From the NCBI GenBank assembly GCA_977017645.1, contig OZ360220.1:204600001-204664000 (forward strand): a DNA stretch of 64,000 nucleotides, given 5' to 3'. The DNA is from Torpedo marmorata (lineage: Eukaryota). Positions 13,054 through 23,257 of the stretch are shown here, piece after piece. The notes beneath the pieces were generated by a model, which worked only from the letters and a program-made list of their open reading frames with translations, was not told where the DNA came from and did not search any database. The translations under genes and the position numbers were made by a program. Positions within the stretch are counted from its first letter, which is position 1. Every line of letters starts with the position of its first letter.

Positions 13054-14631
13054 TATTTGACATAAAAAAATATGCATTTATAATTTAACCACTACCACCT
13101 AAATTGCTAGCTCATGTTTTATAGCATTGAATGACTCCTGAAGTAAGATAGAAAATAAGAGAAGCCCATACAGACCCTCAAGTTTGTTCCTCTGTTCAAA
13201 GTGATCATATTTGTCTCTCTGCCATATTCCATAATGCTTTTGGTTAAAAAAATTCTATCTCAGATATAAAATTCACAGATGATCTTGGTAAAATTTGAAG
13301 AATTTCTGCCTCCCTCTGTGAGCAGCAATGTTTTCCAACTTCACTCCTGCTCTGTCCCAAGGTCCTGGACTGCCCATCAAGACTAAATACTTTTGCTCTC
13401 TCTAACCTATTGGTTCCTCTTAATATATAAGAAACTTACATTATTCCTTTGTATTCAAAATTCCAGAGAACATAGAACAATACAGCACAGTAACAGGCCG
13501 TTGGCCAACGATATTTGAGCTGACCATGATGCCAATTATAACTTGCATTTGTGCCCACACATGGTCTATCTCCCCACCTGTTCATTTGTCTTAAATGCCT
13601 CTTAAATATTGCTGAGGTATCGACTTCCCACTTCCTCTGGCATAGTGTTCCAGGCACCAAACACTCTCCATGTAAAAAAAAAACTTACTTCATAGATCTC
13701 CTTTAAACTTCCCTCCCCCCACCCCCTTATCTTAACACAATATCCTCCAATATTTAATTAAAGACTATTTGCTCTCTTAATCCTTCATGCATGTTTCTTT
13801 TATAATCTGATCTATGGAATCCAGATATTATTTTGGCAAATCCATGCTCCATTACGTCCATGGCCATACATTTTCCCAAGGTGTTGAGGTGAGTGCTCTA
13901 GATAATGTCTAAGCTCGACAATGCATTGCTACAATATAGTTTCTATTCCCTTGTAGAATGGAAATGAAGGGTCAGCATCAGGTTAGCTCTTTTGATTGCT
14001 TTCTGTAACTGTTCATTATATTGTAGTGAAGTATGAAAATTAACCGTCAAATCTCTGTGGAACTGGACTGTTTCTAATTTTTTTTACAATGTAGAAAAAA
14101 AACTATTTTGTCCTTTGTGGGTCCAAACATCATGTTCGTCTAATTTACCACAGTTCTGCTTATTCACTCAAACCATTCACATCTCTTTCTAATTTAATCC
14201 CCTCATCTACACTGTTCTCAATAACACAACAGTCCACTTTCATGTCATCACACTTCACGTAATCACTTGGAGGCCAATTATCATCTCAAAAAAACTGAAG
14301 GCTGTGATTGCTTTATGGACAAATATGCTGAAATTCCCAAATTACTTGGGTTGCTCTTGTGAATAAAAAAAAATATTTTCTGGTATTGCATTCTGTGCCA
14401 CTATAGTGTACTTCACTCTTCATGTTACAAAAGGAGTTTAACAGTAAATTTTGCACAGCAAGTAATATATGCACAGATACAAGGGAGTTACAATGCCTAA
14501 ATGGGGCATTAATCACAGTAAAGTGCTCTCCTAGTAGGAGTACATAACAAAAAAAGGACATGAGTGCGTTGAGAGAAAGTGGAATTTGGAAGCAGGTAAA
14601 AAGGATCATGATTGTCTAACTGGAAACTTAC

Positions 14632-14771
14632 CTCTTTGATAATCTTCCGGATTACAGGGGTGTCAGGAGTGTACAGAACTTTGCCAACCAATAATGGTTT
14701 CATCACCCTCCAGATCATTTTGGAGATCGGATTGGATTCCAAATTCCTCATCAGATCATTGCAGTACGGAG
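14632..14771 (-). CDS. ABCA1: ABCA1-like exon (equivalent to exon 10, 140 bp)
   Basis: (T)[46 protein letters not shown]; tttaag / gtaagt. Confidence 0.94.
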
Positions 14772-15080
14772 CTTAAAAGGGGAAAAATAGCTTTATTCTT
14801 GGAAACTGATTTTGTGATGTTTTTCGTTGAAAACATGTTAGTAAAGTTGAGGGGGAGCTAGGCAATGGTGACTCTTTGCATTAATATTTCATGTAATATT
14901 GCATTTTCTGTATCATTACATGACAATAAAGGAATCTTGAATCTTGTTAAGGAAGGGAATAAAAGGAGAGGATGGAGGGAATGAGAGAAAAGAGAATAGA
15001 GAAAAAGGGGTAAGAATTGAGAAAAAAACTTGCATTTCAGTACCACCATCCATGATCTCAGGATGTCACAATGTGATGGA

Positions 15081-15245
15081 TGTTGCGGATACACGCAGTC
15101 TTGGTACGCCGCGTATGACGTCATGACGTCATCACGCACTATATAAAGCGTGGCGCGGGAAACCATTGTTCGATTTGTAATAAAGGATGAATGAAGCACC
15201 ATGTCTCCGTGTGCTTGTGTATATGTAAACCTAGAATACACTACA
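15081..15245 (+). repeat. Gypsy 5' LTR (165 bp, TG...CA)
   Basis: TGTTGCGGATAC...CACTACA; contains tandem TGACGTCA (15116-15131), TATATAAA (15140) and AATAAA. Confidence 0.93.
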
Positions 15246-15387
15246 GATTGGCGACGAGGATCAAAATGAACTTCCCTAACAAGGAAAGGGAGGAGAAGAA
15301 AAGAAGAACGAAAACCTACCACATCAGTGAGCTCCACAGGCTCACTCACAAAGAAGAAAGAAGGGAAAACGCGGGAAAAGACACAAA

Positions 15388-17778
15388 ATGGCGGACAGCC
15401 GTTTCAGAGTACAAAGACTCAGAAGACTGGTATGACTACATTGAAAGATTCAATATGTACTGTATTGCCCACAATGTGACTGATACACCAGTAACCAAGA
15501 GGAAACAAGCTCTGTTTCTAAGTGAAGTGGGAAGCAAAACTTTTAAACTTATGAAGTCCCTTTTGGCACCTGAAAGACCAAGTGCTAAGACTTATGATGA
15601 ACTATGCACGGTAATAGGAGAACACCTATTTCCCAGAACCAGTAATTATTGTAGAACGTTATAAGTTTTATTCCAGAAAGCAAATGACAGGCGAGCCAAT
15701 AAGCGAATATTTAGCTGAATTACGCAGGCTATCAGAACGTTGTGAGTTCGGAGAATTCTTAAATGATGCATTAAGAGACCGATTGGTCATGGGTTTGGCT
15801 GACCGCAACACCCAACAACGATTACTAAGTAAACCTGATTTAGATATTAAGTCTGCTTATGCTACAGTGGTGAGTTTCGAAATGGCCAGCCAAATTATTG
15901 ATATTATACAAGGAGAACCCTCGACCGTAGGGTTTGTTACAAAACCAAACCGACAAGAATGTTTCCGCTGCGGGAAAAGCAACCACAGCCCTGACAACTG
16001 TTATTTTAAAAAGGCCAAATGCCATTATTGCGACAAAGAAGGACATATTAAATCCAGATGTCCAAGCAGAAAATTACTATACCAAAAGAGTAATAAACAA
16101 AAGCCAAAATAGAGCAGATAACCTTCCAAAGTAAAACAAATTAGAGAGAAAGACAAAACCCCTAGCAGTGAGTCTACTAATGACTTGGAAGAGGAAAAAG
16201 CGGTGGATATAACACAGGCAGTGGATGTAATGCATGTTCGCAGTGTGGGGGACAAGAAGTCTGAAATTTACGTAGATGTTAAGATCAATGGCAAACCTAT
16301 TCGAATGGAATTAGACACCGGAGCATCGGTAACTCTAATGCCAAAAAACATTATTCGAATTGTTGTCCAACCTTACCATAAAACAATCCGACATACTATT
16401 AAGAACAGTCACAGGGGAAAAAGTCAAAGTGATTGGTAAATGCAAAGTTAAGGTCGAATATAAGAGTAAGATCTCAAAAGACTTACCCATCGTCATTATT
16501 GACGCAAAGAGAAACGCCTTGTTCGGAAGGAACTGGTTATCACACATCCAATTGGATTGGATGGAAATCGGGTCAGTACTGAAGATTCAGACGGAAAATG
16601 AACCAAAACTGACACAAGTGCTGAAGAAGTATCAAACTTTATTTGGGAAAAGCCTGGGGAGAATCAAAGGAGCCGAAGCAAAATTACAATTGAAACCTGA
16701 AGCTGAACCAAAGTTCTATAAACCAAGGACAGTGCCTTTTGCAATAAAAGGAAAAATTGAGGCGGAACTCAACAGATTAGAAAATGAGGGAATCATTGAA
16801 AAGCTTCAATATAGTGACTGGGCAGCTCCCATTGTGCCAGTCCGAAAACCGAATGGAGAAATCCGAATTTGCGGAGATTATAAAGTCACTGTTAATCAAG
16901 CTCTGCAAGTACCGGAACATCCCATGCCAAGAGCGTAGGAATTATTCCAATCCCTAAATGGCGGGAAAAAGTTCACTAAGCTGGATTTATCTCAAGCGTA
17001 TCAACAAGTTAAATTGGATGAAACATCAAAGAAATATGTGGCAATCAATACCCATCGGGGATTATTCACATATACGAGAATGCCATACGGAATATCAGCA
17101 GCTCCTGCAATATTTTAAGCAATCATGGACAAATTACTGCACGGGATAAATGTAGGGTGCTACCTGGATGATATTATCACAGGGTGGGACGATGCAGAGC
17201 ACTTATCAAACTTAGAAAAAGTCTTAAACCGACCATAACAAGCGGATGTCCACCTGCGCAAAGACAAATGTGTATTTATGGTACCCTCCGTAACGTATTT
17301 GGGATTTACAATTAACAGTGAAGGCGTACAAATGAATACGGCAGGTACCGAAGCCATCCACAGAGCACCCTGCCCAACAAACAGAGCAGAACTACAATCG
17401 TTCTTAGGTTTAGTCAACCATTATCGGAAACACATCCCAGACATGTCCACCCTGTGCAACCCACTGAACCAGTTACGAAGAAATGACCAAAAATGGTGCT
17501 GGATTACCAAAACAAATGACGCCTTTAACCGGTTAAAGAAACTATTAACCTCAAGCAATAATGTACTCGTCCACTACGATCCGAACAAAGAGGTGACCCT
17601 AGCGGTGGATGCCTCACCAGTGGGTTTAGGAGCAGTATTGTCACAAATCACCGAAAAGGGAGAACAACCAGTGGCTTATGCATCTCGGTCCTTGACAGCT
17701 TGTGAACGCAATTATGCACAATTGGAAAAAGAAGGACTGGCCATAATATTCGGAATCAAAAGATTTCACCAGTACTTG
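15388..17778 (+). pseudogene. Gypsy gag-pol 5' part (gag with two CCHC knuckles, protease, RT, RNase H N-part)
   Basis: CFRCGKSNHSPDNC and CHYCDKEGHIKSRC; LDTGA at 16311; YLDD at 17161; DAS..GLGAVL; frameshifts and stops at 16936, 17116, 17236. Confidence 0.92.
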
Positions 17779-18470
17779 TATAAGTAACGGTGACTTCGCT
17801 CCACCAATAGTCACCTGGAGGCTAAGTGTGGTCCTTGCCTTTGACGCGTTTTATTTAATTTACTGACAAAGTCCAATATGTTCAAAAACCTTTATTTTCA
17901 CACATGACTTGCAGTAATCTTCAATGACTTTGATATAAACAGTTCTTGTAAACGATGTATGATAAGTTCCTTTAAATTATTCCTTAAACAATTCCAAAAC
18001 GATATGAAACACTGTAGATGATGTTAAAGTTATAGAAACATTATAAAACGGTATAAAACGGTCAATAAAGATGTGGAGACCAGACTCACCCCCCATACAT
18101 CTCTATCCTTTCTTTGTTCTCTCTCTCTAATGGTTCTGCGCATGCTCCAACGCGCATACTACAATTCCCAGCCTCCCACGCGCACTATGACGTCACTCTA
18201 TACTGCGCATGCGCCCGTCGGCACTCCCGCGCATGCGCATATCAAAGAATGGGCCGACGACGGCCCACAGAACAACGCAAGCGCTCCAAGGCCCGACATG
18301 GCCTCGGAGCGCGCTGAAGACGGCCCAGTGAACAACGCGAGCGCTCAATGGCCCGACGTGGCCCAGGAGCGCTCCGAGGACGGCCCACCGAACCACGCGA
18401 GCGCTCCAAGGCCCGACGAGACATCGGAGCGCCGCAACAACGGTAAGTTAACGAGCCTACGGCTCTTACA
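17779..18470 (-). repeat. BEL element 3' LTR (692 bp)
   Basis: Direct repeat of 23258-23949 with no differences seen by eye; minus strand TGTAAG...CTTATA; three about 60-bp CpG-rich tandem units at 18259-18443. Confidence 0.95.
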
Positions 18471-18670
18471 CCGGCCCCTAATTATTATAATTAGACGTAA
18501 TGTCTTGAATAATAATTACACTATAAATAATAATAACCATAACATTCAAAACAATACAAATCTTCTTTCTTCCTTCTTCATAAATCTAGAGTTTACCATA
18601 ACTCTGATTCAACAAAAGTCTGTAACCTGTGAAATGTACAACAACAAATAAAGTCAGTTTACATTTATCA

Positions 18671-18850
18671 AAGTTCCTCTGTCTCCAACAAAAGACAGAC
18701 CTGGTTAATAGGTCTGTTTAGAAAACCAGTCTTAGCTTTAATTCGCACTTGACGCACAAGTCCTCTTTGTCTTGAAAAGTCTCAATAATCTTTTCCAAGT
18801 AACCAGGAATTTCTTGAAGTTGAACCATCCATAACAATCACAATGTCTCT
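18671..18850 (-). pseudogene. Frameshifted remnant of the BEL/Pao pol C-terminus (DUF5641-like, post-integrase)
   Basis: Manual translation DIVIVMDGSTSRNSWLLGK/IIETFQDK/GLVRQVRIKAKTGFLNRPINQVCLLLE with two frameshifts, outside the long ORF. Confidence 0.8.
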
Positions 18851-18887
18851 TTAAAGTTCTTCCATCTTCACAATCCGAGTCAAAACG

Positions 18888-21800
18888 TTAACCAGTAAAC
18901 CTCAAATCCTCCTCAGATAAAATAGATACAGTTTTTCTTTTGAATTTAACACAAGGCACTTCTTCAGCACGTCGTTTCACTTTATTCCTTTCTTCAGTAT
19001 TCCACTTTTCATGTGAAGAATTTAAACTCTTAGAATTAGAATTTGAATATTTATCTGATTCTTTCGATTTTAAACAGGTCTGTTTAACCACTCTGGTTTC
19101 TATGGCTCTTTCCTGCAATTCTAAATCCAATTTTGCAACTTTCAATTCAGTCTCAGCTCCTTCCAAGAAATTAATAATTTGATCTGAAGTCAAAATATCA
19201 TATGGTACATTGATATTTCCATTGTCAATCCTGTCGCGACAAACTTGAAATTTTTTAATTTCTTCATCTTGTTTGTTACATATCTGCAATGCAATATCAC
19301 ATTCTTTCTGCATTGTTAATTGTTGAACATTCAATTTACATTCTTGATTGGTTTTTAAAGTCAACTGTTTTGAGTTATTAACCAATAACTTGTTTTCTTT
19401 TAAAACATTAATCTCTTCCTCCAACCTTTTACATTTTGATAATGCTGAATCTCTTTCCTCAATAACTGTATTCATTTCTTCAGCAGTTATTCTTTTCTTC
19501 CGCTTTCTGACTTTGCGAGTTTTACTTACAATTAAATCTTTCTGTTTACTGTTTTCTTGCTTATTTAATATTTCCAATTCTCCTTTCAACATTTTGTTCT
19601 CTGAATCATTATTCTTTATTTCATCAGCACAATTTTCTGTGTTCTCCATTTTTACATCACATTGCAATAATTCTTCATTAGCTTTGTCAATTGTAATCTC
19701 TGAACTACAAAATCTACATTCAGATTTGTTTTCAGTCACTTGTTTTATTCCTGTATTTGATTCAATTACACATGAATGATCAACAGTATTATTTGCAACA
19801 TCTTCTAATACTTCACTTTCATCCATTTCTGACGAAATTAATTTCTTCAATGTTGTTTTAAATACCACTGATTTATTTTCACATTGATCTGTTTTCTTTT
19901 CTTCATAAGTGATTTTCTTATTCACGGTTTTTTGCTCTTCTCTTAACTCTTCAAATTTCTCAACCGAAATTTTATTAACATTTATCGCTACCTGTTCCCG
20001 AGCAATATCATTATTTCTTTCCATTGGTCCATTGATTGCCCAACCAAGTATGGTTCTAATAGCGTAAGGTCCATTCCTTTTACTTTCTATTACTTCTTTT
20101 GGTACCAAAACTTTTGGCACATCTGAACCAATCAGCATTTCTATCTCAGAATTAATTTCAGGTAAATAAACCTTCCACAGATAAGCTAAATGATGGATAT
20201 CACTTTGATGAGGAATATTTCCTTCGTTCACAGGCATAGTCTTCTGAGTATATACACTTGGAAGATCACAAAATTTTTTGTCATCCAATCCAGCAACCTC
20301 TAAGCCTGAAACAATGTTAGTTTCAACAACCTTTTCTTGTCCCATTGTTTTTAACATAATTCTTGATTTTCTTCCTTGAATATTAAGTTTATTCATTAGT
20401 CCTTCCGTGCAAAAAGATGCAGTGCTACCTGGGTCTAGAAATGCATATGTTTTTACTATTGCATCCCCTTTCTTGGCCTTAACTTGTACAGGCACTATTG
20501 AAAGTTTGCAGTTATTCACCCCGGCCCCAGTAAGACCACTTGTCTGAACCGAGGTTATAACATTATTTTCTTTTGTTTCCTTTGTTTCTGTTTGCTCCTT
20601 TTCCAATTCCTTGTTTCTGTTACGGACATGCAAAATTCTAGGATGTTTAAAATTGCATATGTCACAATTAATTTGCTTCTCGCAGTTTTTACTGATGTGC
20701 CCTTTACACAGACAGCTAAAACATATTCCATTTTCCTTTAAGAAAGCGATCCTTTCTTTATGTTCCTTCCTTTCCAATTGTAAACACATTTCCAAAGCAT
20801 GTCCACCTTTACAGAACAAACAACTCTTTTCATTAGGCAAACTTTCCTTTTCCTTATTTATTTTGTCCTTTTCTTTACTTATAACTTGCACATTAGTAGC
20901 AAAAGTACTCCTTTTCACCTTCGGACTAGACTGTGAATTAGACTTCCTTACATCTTTACCCATTGAATTATCTCTGGCATTTCCATATAGTGGATCTGTT
21001 TCAACATACACTCGTCGTTCAAGAAAATTTACCAAATCCTTTAAGGTAGTTTTTCGACCGTAATCTACTTGTAAATTACAAGCCAAATCTCTCCATCTAT
21101 CCCATAACTTGTAAGGTAATTTTTCTAAAATGATTCGCATATTACTATGCACATCAAGCTCACGAATACCATCGATTTCTTCCATAGCATTACAACATCC
21201 TCTTAAAAACAAAGTATATTCTTGCAAAGCCTTTACATCATTTTGTTTTATTGATGTCCATTTAAGAGCTTTATCCATATAAGCTAAAGCAATTCGATGT
21301 TTGTTGCCAAAATATTGTTCCAATAAATCCTTAGCTTTATCTAATCCTCTTCCTGAAGACATTTGATTACAACTTTTAACCAGTTCCTTTGGATGTCCCT
21401 TTGTGAACATTTCCAAATAATAAAGACATTCATCTCGATCTTGGCATTTATCTTCAATATTGCGTTTGAAAGATCTCATAAACGATTGATATTGAAGTGG
21501 ATCACCATCAAAAATTTGTATCTCTTTCTTGGGTAAAGAAGAGAGAGACTGTAACTGAAACAATGATGCAGCAATTTCATTTTGTCTTTCCTTGGATGAC
21601 AATACATTGCTCTGTTCACCGTCTCTTGTTGTATGCAATGTATCTGGAAACCTTACTGGTGTAGTTTCTTCCATATTTCTGATGCTTGGCTCATATAACA
21701 AAGAAGCTGCTTCGTTCGACCGTACCCAATCCGCAGCTTTGCTTTCAGATGTTATTATTGGTACATGTGACTCGATACCAATATGCTCTTGAAAGGTTTG

Positions 21801-22850
21801 TCTTTGTATATGTAAGTTTTGTATCCTTGGTTCTAAAATATCTATCCTTTTGGTTGGTTTCTTTTCCTGTGACTCTTTTTTTAAATATGACCTTTTATCA
21901 TCAGACAATTTAGATGATTTACTGCTAACACCAGATACCATTGAACCTTCTATTGCTTTCTTTTCTGCCTTGGCAATAGCAATGTTTGCTTCCAGCTCCT
22001 GCAGTTCTTTTCTCTGTCTTAGCTGCTCCTTCTCTTGTCTTAGCTGCTCCTTTAGCTGCTCCTCCTTTTGTCTTAGCTGCTCCTTATTTTGTCTTAGCTG
22101 CTCCTCCTCTTGTCTTAGCCGCTCCTTTAGCTGTTTCTCATTTTTTCTTAGCTGCTCCTCCTCTTGTCTTAGCTGCTCCTTTAGCTGCTTCTCATTTTGT
22201 CTTAGCTGCTCCTCCTCTTGTCTTAGCTGCTCCTTTAGCTGCTTCTCATTTTGTCTTAGCTGCTCCTCCTCTTGTTCTAATATAAATTTATCCTTAAGCG
22301 TTTTTTGTTGTGCAAGAAGAGCGGCCAATTTAACATCAACCTTTGTACGTGACGATGCAGAACTTGAAGTACGAGAAACTCTGGAGCTTGAACCAGAACT
22401 TCTTTTGCTTCTCCTGCTTTCAGCATTTGAGACACTGTCACTTGCTTGTATTTCGTCCTGCAGTTCATATGTTGTCTTCATACTTACCTCTTTATCCAAT
22501 TCGAATTGTATATCCTTTACATCTTCAACCAATTCAATTTCTTCCTCATTTGGTGACACAATTTCAGCCATTTCCAAGTTATCTTCTTGTTCAAATAATG
22601 AAGCTGCCTCTTCATCCTTTGCCAGCTTCAATCTTTCAATAAGAGCCCTTTTATTTCCACTTATGTCCTTTTTCAGTCGCTTCAATTCTTCTTTAATATC
22701 CACAACCTTCATGTCTTCAATACGTTGGTCCTCAACAGCAACATCAGCGGTTGCTGCGTCAGCTGCTGATAAATCAGTAGCTGCTGTGTCAGTGGCTGCT
22801 GCGGCCATTTTACTCGTCTTGTTCCTCTTTCCTTCAAGCATACACAACAC
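18888..22850 (-). CDS. BEL/Pao Gag-protease polyprotein with N-terminal SAP domain and C-terminal MIPOL1-like coiled coil (1320-codon ORF; likely ATG at 22808)
   Basis: SAP-like IEDMKVVDIKEELKRLKKDISGNKRALIERLK; DUF1759-type LPKKEIQIFDGDPLQYQSF; CLFCKGGH..C, CFSCLCKGH..C, CDICNFKH..LH; protease YAFLDPGSTASF..IGSD..LGWAING; no YxDD; uninterrupted frame. Confidence 0.9.
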   Translation of the reverse strand: MLCMLEGKRNKTSKMAAAATDTAATDLSAADAATADVAVEDQRIEDMKVVDIKEELKRLKKDISGNKRALIERLKLAKDEEAASLFEQEDNLEMAEIVSPNEEEIELVEDVKDIQFELDKEVSMKTTYELQDEIQASDSVSNAESRRSKRSSGSSSRVSRTSSSASSRTKVDVKLAALLAQQKTLKDKFILEQEEEQLRQNEKQLKEQLRQEEEQLRQNEKQLKEQLRQEEEQLRKNEKQLKERLRQEEEQLRQNKEQLRQKEEQLKEQLRQEKEQLRQRKELQELEANIAIAKAEKKAIEGSMVSGVSSKSSKLSDDKRSYLKKESQEKKPTKRIDILEPRIQNLHIQRQTFQEHIGIESHVPIITSESKAADWVRSNEAASLLYEPSIRNMEETTPVRFPDTLHTTRDGEQSNVLSSKERQNEIAASLFQLQSLSSLPKKEIQIFDGDPLQYQSFMRSFKRNIEDKCQDRDECLYYLEMFTKGHPKELVKSCNQMSSGRGLDKAKDLLEQYFGNKHRIALAYMDKALKWTSIKQNDVKALQEYTLFLRGCCNAMEEIDGIRELDVHSNMRIILEKLPYKLWDRWRDLACNLQVDYGRKTTLKDLVNFLERRVYVETDPLYGNARDNSMGKDVRKSNSQSSPKVKRSTFATNVQVISKEKDKINKEKESLPNEKSCLFCKGGHALEMCLQLERKEHKERIAFLKENGICFSCLCKGHISKNCEKQINCDICNFKHPRILHVRNRNKELEKEQTETKETKENNVITSVQTSGLTGAGVNNCKLSIVPVQVKAKKGDAIVKTYAFLDPGSTASFCTEGLMNKLNIQGRKSRIMLKTMGQEKVVETNIVSGLEVAGLDDKKFCDLPSVYTQKTMPVNEGNIPHQSDIHHLAYLWKVYLPEINSEIEMLIGSDVPKVLVPKEVIESKRNGPYAIRTILGWAINGPMERNNDIAREQVAINVNKISVEKFEELREEQKTVNKKITYEEKKTDQCENKSVVFKTTLKKLISSEMDESEVLEDVANNTVDHSCVIESNTGIKQVTENKSECRFCSSEITIDKANEELLQCDVKMENTENCADEIKNNDSENKMLKGELEILNKQENSKQKDLIVSKTRKVRKRKKRITAEEMNTVIEERDSALSKCKRLEEEINVLKENKLLVNNSKQLTLKTNQECKLNVQQLTMQKECDIALQICNKQDEEIKKFQVCRDRIDNGNINVPYDILTSDQIINFLEGAETELKVAKLDLELQERAIETRVVKQTCLKSKESDKYSNSNSKSLNSSHEKWNTEERNKVKRRAEEVPCVKFKRKTVSILSEEDLRFTG

Positions 22851-23257
22851 TAGTCAAACAACAGTCCCCAATGGACCAGCGGCAGCAATTCCAATCTGTG
22901 TTCTTACTTGCTAAAGATACACAGAAGGAGTCCACAGACATATGCCTACCACTTCAAATGACTGTAATGTGCTGCAATCCACAAACGAGTTTCAACCACA
23001 ACATCCGTCACTAATATCACTGATTTTCCAAAAATGGTTTCTCCAACGTATTTATAGGACACTTTATTATAAGATTTGAAGCTTTAAATCCCTCTCTGGC
23101 TGTTACTCATGGCAGATGGATGTAGATTACAAACTGCCCCCAACTCGAGGCATCTCCAAAATGGCCACCAATTTATATCAGCCCAAAGCACAGAGAGTTT
23201 TTTTTTCTATCTTCTTTCCTTCAAACTTCTGTTCCAAACAACCAGCACTTTATTGAC

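Noticed and set aside
18073-18651. 192-aa ORF (and its twin at 23552-23983) with repeated DGP.NNASA.RPD units
   Set aside because: Lies in the LTR on the non-coding strand; open only because of GC-rich 60-bp tandem repeats; no ATG at the ORF start and differing C-termini.
21850-22914. 354-aa plus-strand Ser/Cys/Leu-rich ORF and overlapping VLAAP-repeat ORF
   Set aside because: Antisense shadow of the repetitive coiled-coil region of the BEL ORF; no independent coding signal.
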